From: Tubiluchus corallicola
Taxonomy: Eukaryota; Animalia; Priapulida
Assembly: GCA_030141605.1 (NCBI GenBank)
Contig: JAQGDQ010000135.1
Location: 434,001 to 498,000 of the forward strand
Length of the DNA: 64,000 bases
Direction: 5' to 3'
Positions within the stretch are counted from its first letter, which is position 1. Each line of letters starts with the position of its first letter. Position numbers and translations under genes: made by a program. Of the stretch, positions 13,934 to 25,911 are shown one piece after another. Under the pieces are notes generated by a model, which did no database searches, was not told where the DNA came from, and saw nothing but the letters and a program-made list of their open reading frames with translations.

Positions 13934-14700
13934 TTAAATTCAATTCAATTCAAATCTTTATTTTGCTGGCTAAGACCATACAAAAACCAAATACTAAAAG
14001 AAACAAAATACAATACAGTAAAATATTATAAGACACTTCATTTTACAAAAATGACCTAACAATAGCAGTTATAAAACCATTGCAGTGTGCAATAACAACC
14101 TGTTGCGGATGTTCAATCCAGTATAGTACGATTTTCTGCGGATGTACATATAATGGGGTAGAGTTAGGTTTGCACACATGCCAGAAGCACTACAATCGTA
14201 CTTTAAGCGAAGCTGTATGCAATACGCAGTCTATTTATCATACCGTTGCTATAATTAGTCTATAAAAACATATAGTAAAAGTTGTAGCAGTAACTCTTTA
14301 ATCGTCTGAACACATATTTTTCTTATATTTCACAAGATTTTTCTATTAAAGAGTTAATCCGTATGTAAGAAACTAGTCTGGTTTTGAATTCATACTTGTC
14401 GCTTAGATTAGTGCAAATTATGTGGACAAGATATTTCTCATGAACATTCACAGGCAGTGCTTGTGAAGAAATACTTCATTCCTTAAGGAAGGAATTATTA
14501 AGGATTATTTTACCAGGCGCAACGTGCTTAGTTGTGATAGTAAAATACTTAGACATTTTTGTCAAATTAAAAATCACCACTATGAAAATTAGCAAAGCTG
14601 GTGCACGTAATCAGAAGATCCTGTAGTACAAGTGTTGCAAGTAAAACGATGTCACCAGGTAAATTGAGTAATGTTCCCCCTGCAAGATGACAGCACTTCA
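13934..14700 (-). mobile_element. degenerate non-LTR retrotransposon 3' fragment
   Basis: Minus-strand AATAAA plus (TTGAA)n tail at about 13934-13965. Decayed RT-like peptides (GDIVLLA resembling YADDIVLLA) near 14640. Confidence 0.45.
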
Positions 14701-15534
14701 TATCATTCAATTTTATAGATAGCTCGTGAATGTAGATATTGAACAATAAAGGGGCTTCGAATTTCTATATGCTATTGGGAAAACAAATTCAGCTATGGGT
14801 ACAGGGAAAAAGAGTAACTGTAGAATAGTTGCATTTTTACGAGTGTGTTGGTAGGTATGTTTCTTTGTTGCCCTGTAGATCATTTTGTCGCATATCTGAA
14901 CACTTATTAAGATTTTTTGCTGCATAAGCATGTTCTAAAGCGAGTAGAAATGATGTAATCTGGATTATTACTGCCATATATAACTTGAAAAACTTAGTAG
15001 CATTTTTTGTTATTTTATTATCTAAGTTATCTTGTTAAAAGTTAAAACTAACAGTGTATGGCCTATATACAGTATTTAACTGATAATTATAATAGGAATT
15101 TGTCTTATGTGTATGTAAATTGAGTAAAATACGCACTCTAGCTGGTTGTAGCTTACCATCAACTTTATTGGCGATATGCTAGATTTACCTAAAAGTGTTG
15201 TACATAAAAGTTAATATCTATGTTGATGAAAACTTTGTTTGTTGAATTACTGCAATAAACAACCTTTGTTTTTTGTTACGAAAACAATGAAGATATTGTT
15301 TAGCGGTTTCTGTGCAGAGTTGTTAATTGTATTGGTTTGTTAATACAAGTTACTAGTTACGAATTTATGAGCAGCAAAAAATAAAATTTTTATTAAAAAT
15401 GTGGCATATTCTATTTTAACATCATTTTGCTTGTAATTGCGGTTACTTATTATGCGGTTACTAATTATTGATTTACATTTAATCCAAAATTTAATGATGA
15501 GTTTTGCATGACATAATTTAGCGCATATAGTGGA

Positions 15535-16435
15535 GTTTACCAGCATCCGAAATGCGTATGCCGATGCAGAATAGATAAAATCGGTTTATTTTGTTTTTAA
15601 TGCACCAGTTTATCAATTCAGTTTAATTCAAAAATTTGTTTGCCTCATACAATTTAACAGACGATTTGTTTGAATATGGTTAGTTCGGTTTAGAAAATAA
15701 ACAGAAAGAGACGGGGTGGTGGAGGACCACCGGGTCACTCCTGTCGGAAAATCCGCTTTAAACCAAGCCTGGCTTCTTTGGTGGCCTTACAATATTATTT
15801 AGATCGTATGCTTCGCTCATGCATGTGCACCAAGCGTTTAGTTAACCTCGTCTATAAAAAGGAAGTGTCACCGCTGATCGGTGGCCACCTATCAGCAGGT
15901 ACCACACACAAGGTGGTGGTACCTGTCCCCTTTTTCTTGTTTTTTATATAGGTCTATATGTGAGATTATTTAAAGTGCTGTGAATTGTGATTATTTTTGT
16001 TATGATTTGTAACTTAATTTGAAATGTAAAGTGTAACAGTTAAATTTGTTAAAGTGTATTATTAGTGTGGCCACAATTTATACAAATCGTTATGTTTCTC
16101 TAATGACTATTTTCGACTGGATTATTTTCACACCACAATTAATGCAAAATGACAGGTAAGAGCAAATCAACCAATACCCAGTAAGGTTTAAGCGTAATGC
16201 AACCTTTCTGACTGCAATAAATTAGACATAAAGTGTTAACAGCACACGATCAGGTCAGGCTCTCTCCCCCTCTTTAATAAAGCTGTTTGGCATCAAATTC
16301 AATTTTTTTCGATAACACCTAGCTATCAAACCGGCATTATGCGTTATTTTTTCTGCAGCACTTTCCTACTGACTTTTTATACACAGCTGTTCCGCAGGTG
16401 GATAACGCATACGCATTCCGGATGCCAGGCATAAG
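15535..16435. mobile_element. second copy of the 5574-5750 MITE, split by a 707-bp insertion (15617-16323)
   Basis: Both halves match the reverse complement of 5574-5750. The insertion is flanked by TATCAA at 15611-15616 and 16324-16329. Confidence 0.55.
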
Positions 16436-18204
16436 CGCACTTCTACAAAAACCTTAGCTCACAGGTTTACGTAGACATGGAGCAGTCAGCTCGCGTGCCT
16501 ACAAAATGACTCTATCGTACAATTCAGGTTCATTCAACAACAGTCGACTTCAACTTTCAGCGTGACTTTGAATAAGAAATGATTTTGACTAAGAATCTAG
16601 GAAACTTAAATTTCAACTACCTTGCAGTGTTTGGTGCATGTTAAATTGATATAATAAATTGTTGTCATCCTCGTTGTTGCCATCGTCACCGTTATTAAGC
16701 AGAGATTGTCTTCATCACGTGATGTGATGCGTCACGTCACGTGATGCTATTTGGTAGTGGTCTGGCAATTTCAAAGTGCTCTCGCTAATGAAAAATTACA
16801 ACGAATATCAAAGTGTCGCATATAAAAATTATAATATCAGCGTACTCGTGATTATATAGTGCATCAAACTGCGATGGCGTAATTTATGCACAGCGAGTCA
16901 TTTTTTTGTAATTAATGTGAAAAGACAAATCTTAAATTCAAATTATAGACTTGCCTAAATTGGATGGGTCTTCAGACCCGCCGAACAAGGTAAATAATCC
17001 AATCGTTTTTTTGTAGAGACACTATTTAGACTGACTGAAATCAACAACACGTCAGTTGGTATACACGCCAAAGCTGGTTTGGTATTATAGACATGAACAG
17101 AGCAGACGAATTTCGTATCCGTAGTAATAGCTAGAAAGTATAGCAAAGATTTCCTTATAAACATTCTTAAAGACAGTGCTACTGAATCCTCCGACAGTGC
17201 ATCAGATGCAATTATGCAACAGTCTCAAACAGATCCGCCAAGTTCCCAACTTAGTAACGACACGATTCTATTGAAACTGAGCAAGTCTTCAGCTTCATCG
17301 GCATCACCGTCGCCTGGAAGACAAGGCTGGCAGTGCGGCACGACACGAAAAAATGCCGTACTTCGTACAGCACCGTACCTACAAAATCGAATCGTGTCGT
17401 ACTAGTACGATAAAATGTCGTACCGTAATTTCGTGCCAAACTTCGTACGAAGTTCATGTAGGATCTACTACTAAAAGATTAAGAGTAGCATGAAAATTAA
17501 TTGTAAAAACATTTGCCTATACAAAACAACTATAGCTGCTATAGTCATTAAATACTTTGACCTCACAAGTTAAAGTGTTAGGTCGGTACGTCACAAATTT
17601 CCTTTACATCACAAATGAAGCAAACGTTTAACTCAGGTGATATGCAATGATTTAAAAATCGTTACTGTTTTGTACAGATCGACAAAGTTCTAAGCATTCC
17701 TCATTAACGACATACATTTTGAAATGTTTTTGCTTCAACAGAATCTGCATAGCCTCAGATAGGCAGTAAATTATTACACAATAGCTAGACATAGCAGTTA
17801 AAAGAACGTTGTTACGTGAATTGGTGTCAAGCGTGGGAAGCAATCTGTAAACAAATATAAACGTAATTTACGAGAAATGACAACTCCAGCTTCCAAACAA
17901 CTTGTGGCTTTGCAGTTTGCACTTAAAAGGAACCAATTTAGCGGTTTTGTTTGCGTGTACTCTTTGTTAATTAGGGGAGAACAAGTACCACAGGAGCAAA
18001 ATAAAACGTTACAGGAAACTGGGGGTAAATGGCAAACCTTTTCCTTTTTCTTTCGGTCGATAAGTATGGAACGCAAAAGTAGAATTTAGTGATATCGATA
18101 AATTATTTATAAAATTTGTGGTCTTTTAATATTAGTTTAAATAATGCTTTATAAATTATTGATATTGTAGAGTTGCTGGGTCCTCGCCGCCAGGGAGTCT
18201 GATT

Positions 18205-18535
18205 TGGTGGCTTTTCTAGTGGTTCGTTCCCTCATATTTCGAAGGTCAAGTAATCTGGGTTCAATACCAGGATGACGCAATCTTTATAAAGTCAAACAGA
18301 GATTTGCTGAAGTAAACTTGTCCTGTGTACTTCATCCTAGTGGTTTCTACAGAACAGGTATCGTGATTGTAAGAACACCTGCCCGTTTGCGTGCTGAATC
18401 AACGAGACCATTCCATCCATAGCGACGGTTTTATACCTGGAATTCAACGGCACTATGCAACGGCTTTGTACGGACGAGACCATCACAATGCAGAGGGGGC
18501 GTCGAAAATTTCGCTCCCGTAACAATATTATAATT
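18205..18535 (+). mobile_element. tRNA-derived SINE-like element
   Basis: A-box-like TGGCTTTTCTAGTGGTT, B-box GGGTTCAATACC about 40 nt later, GC-richer body, 3' hairpin GGGGGCG...CGCTCCC, AT-rich tail. Confidence 0.45.
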
Positions 18536-21433
18536 ACTTATTAATATTAATAAACGCGTGATTTACTAGTAGTCAAAAACGATTTTACGTTACAAATAAA
18601 TTATGAATATTCAAAAGTCAGTTTTGTATATTAATCAACCATTTAAGAATACATGTATTAAAATTTACTTATGAATATTCGAGATTGACATTAATATTTA
18701 AAAATAAACATTTCTTTCGCGTTCCATAGCTAAGCTAAATTTCAGTTGCCTCAACAGATCCTTTATCAAATACAATCTGTCGATTGCTTTAGTAACAGCA
18801 GCAGCAATAACAACTGTTACTATTTTTAAAAATTTTAATTGTCTTTGAAAAATTTAAATTTATTCACGGCTAACCAGTTGCCGTAGCGTTTCTACTCTGT
18901 AACGTTTGTAGCCTTTGTCGTAGCTGTGTGTAAGGTCCAGGTCCATTCAATGGAGTTTTAACGCTATAAATACTAAAACTCCCTTCTGTTGATACGTTTG
19001 ATGTTTTTGATGATATTACAATAACTTGTTTAACCCTTTCATGATAACCCTTTGAGGATTTATGATTGTTGTGTTCATCTTAGTTAGCTACTAACACTAG
19101 GTGACATGGGATGGGCACCCGAGGAAATGTTTTAGAAAGGTCCGAGAGAATGAATACCATTCTAAGTTGGACCAGAAGCCACCTACCGGAAAGGTTATTT
19201 GTCACCTGTGCGAAACACGAGTGCTGTAGGAGCTGCGCGGTTCACTGAGGCAGCAATGTGCTATTGGTTGACTTATTTTCTATTAATGTATTTTTGATGA
19301 CAATCCAAAATGTATCGCTATTATTGGTGTAACATTGATTACCATTATTGTTAATATTTTTATTAGACTTGTAATTTTTGTTGCCATTGATTTTTTTGTA
19401 ATATTCGATGGAGGCACTTTACAGGTTTGAGTGACCAGAGCCTGGGTCACATGACCAAATTTACCTGCCTGGCCAGGTATTGGCCTCGTTTTGTGGTCTA
19501 TCTGGTTTTGTAGCTCAAGGTAAAAAGAGCAAATTTTGTTTAAAGCATATTGCTCGTTTTGAACATGTGTGTATGCCTCGAAAGTGAAAGCCACTTCATG
19601 GGCTATTTGGTTATTGGTTAGAGAGGCTTTGGAAAGAAACTTGGTTATTCACGAAATCTCCGATTGTGTTTCTTGATGGTAATGCCAGTGGAGGCCATAC
19701 AGTATAGAACATCTCTGTTGTTTCCCGTATTGAGTGCTTACTAAACTCCTCCTCTTATGGAGACTGAGTTCCAGTTTGGTTGCTTAATGTCATTATCCAG
19801 TGCAGTACCGTCTAGAAGAGTCAATTATCATTTATTGGAGACATAGGAGCTGATGGTTTTGGCAGGCGTGTCCTGGCAGCCATATTGGATACGTGGTACG
19901 ATATATGGGCGAATACGTGGTAGGAGCATTGCTGACGGTATCCATCTCCCTAGACAGTTATGCTGGGCCCAGCCATCGTAAAGTTGTGTAAAAAAATGTT
20001 AAATTTTATTAGATTTATCCAGTTCATTTTTTTAAACATTCGAATTAACTATGTGAACCATTTCTATATTGCCACGTTAACCATTATTGCGTTTCAAAGT
20101 GTTTGTTTACACAAGAACTTTATACGCCGGCATAGTTACTTTTTTTCTGTGAGAATCGAAAATAATTCAATACCCTCTTTATTATTATTATTATTAAGAA
20201 TTCTGTTGTTTGGCTAATTGTATTCCTAGAGAATTAAGGTAAAAACCCAAAGCATTGTTCACACTGTCTTACACGGACTGCTAATTTTTACTATATTTTT
20301 GTCCATCAAGGTATAACTCGTGACAGCGGGACTGCTTGGCAAAACATCCCAACAATAATTTAACATTTTCTTAGACACGTTGTCACAAATGGTTATTTCT
20401 GAAGAAGCAGCTCTTCTGAAGAAAGTGTATAAAAATTAGTCAACTGCTTTGTGCCTGTCTAATGGGAGGACAAATGGTGGATCCACTCCAGGACGGCAAG
20501 ATGTCTCTGTGTATGCCTGCACTGTAAATTACATTAACACTATTTTCTGCAAAAGTCTGAAAGGAACGACGTACCTATTTATGGAGGGACTTTTTAAGAC
20601 CTAATCTACAGTTGAGGATTGAGATCGGGAAACAAGCTGACTTCTAAAGCACCGGTTAAACTTTTGACATGGCTAATTTCTTCGCATCGTCATGTTTTGG
20701 ATGCTGTGCAGAAAGTGTTGAAAGTCTCACTTTGGCATGCCACAAGGGAGGCCAGTAGATAAGTACTAACCTGTCCCTGTTAGCCTAGTAGTTCCAGAAA
20801 GATATTATTGTGTAGCCTGCTGATATTACGTAATAACTTTGCATCTGTGTCCTCTATTCGATGCGGAAATATTCAATTTGCAAATGTGGAGATTAGGTGG
20901 TTTGACTTTGGTAAAAATTATTATCTTGTTTTTTTATTTTTTTTGAACTATTACATTAATATTTGAATGACAGAATTTGAATGAACATACAACTATTTAG
21001 GGACATTAATTTTATACGTACTCATTAAAGTTGAATTTATTTGCTAAGTTAAATCCAAAAAATGGTTTGTTTCTAATTTTTATAAACATATTGGTCAAAA
21101 TGTTTGATACTGCCACACACACTCACCTGAACCATTTTAGACCTCGAATATTACACCCGTATGATTAATGGCGTCCCTCGCAAAGCTACTGGAACGGCTT
21201 GGTCATTGCCTGGGGCTTCCCTGGGTAGCTAGTTAAGTATATATTTAGTTAGGCTAGGAACTTGATTGGCGAAAACCCAGCGATTACTGAATGCCCTGGG
21301 GAAGCTACCCTGCACACCCAGGACGTTACACTGTGGTTTTTATCCAGAACCTTTGTTGCCTTTGATCGTCATACATGAAAAGCGACTTCACTCGAAGTCC
21401 ATTCCCAGTGAATCGTAAGTAAGTAAAGGCTTT

Positions 21434-21950
21434 TGTAATGATCACGCTCAGGAGACAAAATGCGTTTCCATCCTAGCTAGTTGTTTATTCTGTAAGAAAA
21501 ATTACAATATTTTCACCCCATCAGTTATGAGCAGTTGAGACATTAAGCCTAGTTCACATCAATAAATTTGCCTATTACAATACAGTATAATGATGATAGG
21601 ACAAAAATTACTAAAGAGCATTATAATACTATAATTAAGCCTATTACAAAATTGATAAGTGCAGATACAGTACATACGTCATTGGGTCCTCTGAGATTTG
21701 GAATGACTAAGCAATCAACAAGCAATGGCTATAACTAACTCTTTGTGTGTAAACAAACTGTGTCACAAATGTAAGCAGTACTGATCTCAACAACATGTCA
21801 ACATAAAACATTTGTCTGTTAAACCTAGCGTAAAAATACTGTACTACATTGGAAACCGGCTTAACTAAACCCACAACGTCATGTTCTGTGGCTTCCTGTC
21901 ATTGCGTTTAAATTGAAGGCAACGAATCATTAAAGTTCGTGCCCGTTACA
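21434..21950 (-). mobile_element. 3' LTR of BEL/Pao retrotransposon (517 bp)
   Basis: On the minus strand it starts TGTAAC directly after a purine tract (AAGGGAGGCCAAGA) and ends ATTACA, with AATAAA about 50 nt before the end. Confidence 0.7.
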
Positions 21951-23560
21951 TCTTGGCCTCCCTTGAATGTTTTTAACGGAACATGAAAACAATAACAACT
22001 CAGAAGACTAAATATGTTCCAGTAAGCAACGTTTCTGTACTGGCCTTTCCAGAACAGATCATTTTGTTTTTACCGAAACTAGACCGTCCTTACCAGGATA
22101 TACTTCAACAACTCTATCCAGTTCCAAGTGATTCCTAGGTAGCAAACTATTAATCAAAAGCACTACATCACCACATTTAAGGTTATCTAGTTGTTTTTCC
22201 CACTTCTGGAAGTTCTGTAACATTGGGATGTACTCTAGCACCCATCACCTTCAGAAGATGCCAGCCAAGTACTGAACTTGGTACCACCAACGATGATATA
22301 AGTCTTACGAGCCAAGCAGCTTGGTCGGCACGTACCCGTTTCTTAGCAAAAGTAGGTGATTAGGTGTGAGTGGTTTCGAGATCAGAGGGGTCATCCAAAA
22401 TCATTGTAATGGGCCTACCATTAATGATCGATTTACTAGACACATAAGGCTTTCGTCATCAAGTTTCTGCTCATTGAGTACAGAAAAGGCAATCCTTCAT
22501 ATAGTGCATATCATCCGCTCCCAAACACCACCATAGTGTGATGCTTATGGGGTGTTGAATATCCACTGAATCTTCCGTAAGATATCCGCAATCTTTGGTT
22601 AATCCCAACTGCATATACCAGTCCTTAGCTCCTGTGCTCGGACAAAATTTGTGCCATTGTCAGATCTAATGATTGTTGGAAGGCCATGCCGACTTATAAA
22701 TCGAAACAAAGCAGGGATGAATCTGGTGGTCTCCTTGGAATGAAGAATTTCGATATGAATGGCACGAATCGTCAAACAGGTGAAGATACATTCATATCTC
22801 TTTACTTCCGAGCATCCTCTCTTAACAAAGAAGGGCCCCGAAGCAATGCACTCCAACGGCTGTAATTGCAGCCTCCATTGGAGAAATGCGATCCATTCGT
22901 AAATCAGGCATCCGCTGCACAACAGGTGTTCCTTCACGGCACTTACAGGTAACACAACAAAATAAAAGGCTTCTGACACGTGCTCGCACCTTGATGATCC
23001 AATATTTCTTTCTAAGCTTGGCCACTACATAATCGCGAACAGAATCTCTGTTGTTTTGTGCATTTCGTGAACAATGAGATCTATGACGTGGTGATTTCCT
23101 AGCAAAATCATTTGGTGCTTGCCTGGTACATGACCGCCAACTCAGAGAACATCTTCAGAATCTTTGAACGGATTAAGTTTCCATAAAGATTTGGCTACAT
23201 CATGAAGGTATTTATGATACTGATCTCTGCTTGCTGAATTTCCTGAACAGTTAACTCCATGCAGTTGTTCACCTTCACCTCAAATCGTTTCACTTTAGCA
23301 AGCAATAACTTCGTCAGCCTGAGAATCCAAGCTACAGTCTTGTGTAGTTTGTACCATAATGAGCGCCTTTCAAACAAATGTTCCAAGTGGCTCCTTATCA
23401 GTTATAACAGATGTCATAGCTGTTGCCATGACAGAAGATGTGCATGAAGAACCTTGTTGCTTTTGCTCTTTGCTCTGCTTTATTTCCATTAACTCACCAG
23501 ATGGAAATTCAGATTTGGATTCAATCCACTTATCACTCGGCAATTACAAGGTTGCAACAA
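21951..23560 (-). mobile_element. BEL/Pao LTR retrotransposon remnant (integrase region, frameshifted)
   Basis: Motifs [74 protein letters not shown] and VYPGKDGLV, spread over several frames. Confidence 0.92.
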
Positions 23561-23697
23561 AAGTGTCGAATTAAATGACAAAAAAGTTAGTGTACCTGCA
23601 GCCTAATAATTTTGAGTGCCACTGGACTTGTGTCGTCTAAACTAGATCCAACAGTTTCAGCAACTTTGTATATTTATACAAAATGTATTATTCAAGT

Positions 23698-23790
23698 GAC
23701 TACGGCGTCTGATCTCCGAAGTTAAGCAACGCAGAGCCTGGTTAGTACTTGGATGGGTGACCGCCTAAGAATACCAGGTGCTGTAGGCTT
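23698..23790 (+). rRNA. 5S rRNA-derived sequence (internally deleted SINE head, not a functional 5S gene)
   Basis: GACTACGGC|GTCTGATCTCCGAAGTTAAGCAACGCAGAGCCTGGTTAGTACTTGGATGGGTGACCGCCTAAGAATACCAGGTGCTGTAGGCTT matches animal 5S with about 27 nt missing near the 5' end. Box A and box C are intact; there is no oligo-T terminator. Confidence 0.88.
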
Positions 23791-24167
23791 GGGGGATGCC
23801 CACACTGTATCTCGACACTAGGCGGAGGAGCTGCACAATCAGCCAACGGCTAGATAGCGGAGGAGGTCAAGTGACGAAACGGCCATGTATAGAGGAGTAA
23901 ACCTAAATCAGGAGTGGAGCCCCGAAGGCGGACCAGTGCAGCATGCTCACTGATTCCGGCAGCTTCTGCAGCCAACCTGGTGCCACACGTATCGCTCCGC
24001 TTTCCTTTGGACTACACCAGCGAGGAAGAGAGGGGGTTCCTGTTGTCTGGGCAATTCAGGATCTCCATACACCTTGCCCAGGCGTGTGTCCTGGAGACGT
24101 TCAAGGGATCGCACTGCACTCTCTTGACACACACTCCATTGTCTTCTGAGACAGAAGGATGCGAACA
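23698..24167 (+). mobile_element. full-length 5S-headed SINE (SINE3-type) with RTE-like body and 3' tail
   Basis: Perfect 11-bp TSD ATTATTCAAGT (23687-23697 and 24168-24178). GC-rich body contains CTTTGGACTACACCAGCGAGG. The end TCCATTGTCTTCTGAGACAGAAGGATGCGAACA resembles RTE-clade 3' ends. Confidence 0.85.
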
Positions 24168-25911
24168 ATTATTCAAGTATTTATATTATTTATGTTTGGT
24201 TGATAAACATGTGTGAATAAAATAGAAATGTGTGAACAAATGTGATACATACTGTATGATTTTGGAAATTATAAACGAGACATGCTCATGCCTAAGTGAT
24301 CACTGATAGGTTTTGTTGCCAAAAACCAAAAACATGTTACATGTAAGCATATATATATATAAATAAATATAGGACCTAAAAGTGTACAAGCAAATTTATT
24401 TGAAGCCTTATTTCCTTTGCTGATACACAGTACGTAATAAAAGTAGGTGGCACATATATGACATCTATTTTAAGATTTAGGTGCATTAGCCCTAAATATC
24501 AATTAATACAGTTTCTGCACGAATAGGTAGTTCAGTAAATAGAAGCGTTATTTAAAATGGCCAGGTTTAACAATTATGTAAGGTCTACACAGTTTGCATG
24601 TATATGCAGAGGCTGATGTGCCTTTAAGATTGCCCTTTTTGTCTTTAATTTGGAACTAGAAAACAAGCACTTTCTGTGTCTAAGGCGTTCCGTTTTTTTG
24701 GAGGCAGCACTATGACTTGCTCGGTTACTTTTTTTGCTCGGTTTTTTTTGAAAAGTTCAGCATCTTTTTCCAATAATGACTTTGGGGCTCGTCTTTTTGC
24801 ATCCGTCTTTTTACTCCCTCCCTCTTTCCGCTCTATTCCATATTAATTTGTATTAACTTAGAATCATCTCCCGTCAAAGAGTTGCATAATTCAGAGGCAT
24901 ATAATTGAGATGGCACTACTAACGAATCTCTATTGTAACGAATCCCTCGTTCGATGCTAATGTCGCATACTCATACAGCTCAAAAAGTAGTTGCCAAATA
25001 ACCTATTTCCAGCACCCTACAGGGTAAAAAAGCAACCCGGAGCCTTCAATTCCTAGTTCACGCTTACCTTTGTAAACTTTTATAAATAAACAGGAGTTGC
25101 CAATGAAAATTATTGATTAAAACGTCATGCAAAAACTTGGTCCTAGGAGAACATAATTGCCTTTGTCGATGCGGTAACTATATTATATAACTAAGCGGTT
25201 GCACAGCAGTCTCTACGGTGGGATTTTGCAGCTGATATCTAATGCTTCAGATGATAAATAAAAGATAAATCACGTGTTTGATATTGATCATAATATGACA
25301 GCTGTTTTTCAATAATTCGCTTGTAATGCGTATCCCATTTTGACCAGTAAAAGATCAAGTGTGCGTACTTTGTACTTCCTTCCAATGTGCATGCGTATTT
25401 GTTGTTCTGAACAAACTGTTCGCTGATAAGAATAAGGGATCAATTAATTGATGTGATCTGCGTTGGTGTAGATATATAGCTTAGGTGCTACCAGATGGTA
25501 GTTTAGACTAGCACTAGAAGTTGCAATATAAATACTTTCTTCTGTTCGCTCAGCAGTTTTTAACACCACCAACACCAGAGTGTGCTTCTATGATGTCCTC
25601 GCTATTTTGGCAATGCTTTCTAATTGTTGGTTTCAGTATGCCCAGTTCAAATTGTTGTCGAATCTCGTGTGGTGGCATTCTATATGAACTATAATGCAAT
25701 TAGATGACTGCGGGATAGACTGTAGTTCGCGTTGAGAAGTGCAATTCTAAGCGTGAATAGATGAGCATGTGAGTGTATACTGTGTGTAATACAATTTTTT
25801 ATGAACAGGTGTAGCAAAGTCAAGTTGTAAAAGGGTGTTGTTGAAACTACGTTGTTGAAATAACCATTCAAACAGCCCAAAGCAAACAGCGTCGTTAGAA
25901 GCGGCAAAATT

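Noticed and set aside
16955-17315. Minus-strand frame open except for one TGA (possible selenoprotein)
   Set aside because: No recognisable domain, redox motif, SECIS or partner exons.
23698-23790. Functional 5S rRNA gene
   Set aside because: Internal deletion of about 27 nt, no T-terminator, single copy here, and part of a TSD-flanked insert.
23914-24216. Three overlapping ORFs
   Set aside because: They lie in the GC-rich SINE body and show no protein motifs.
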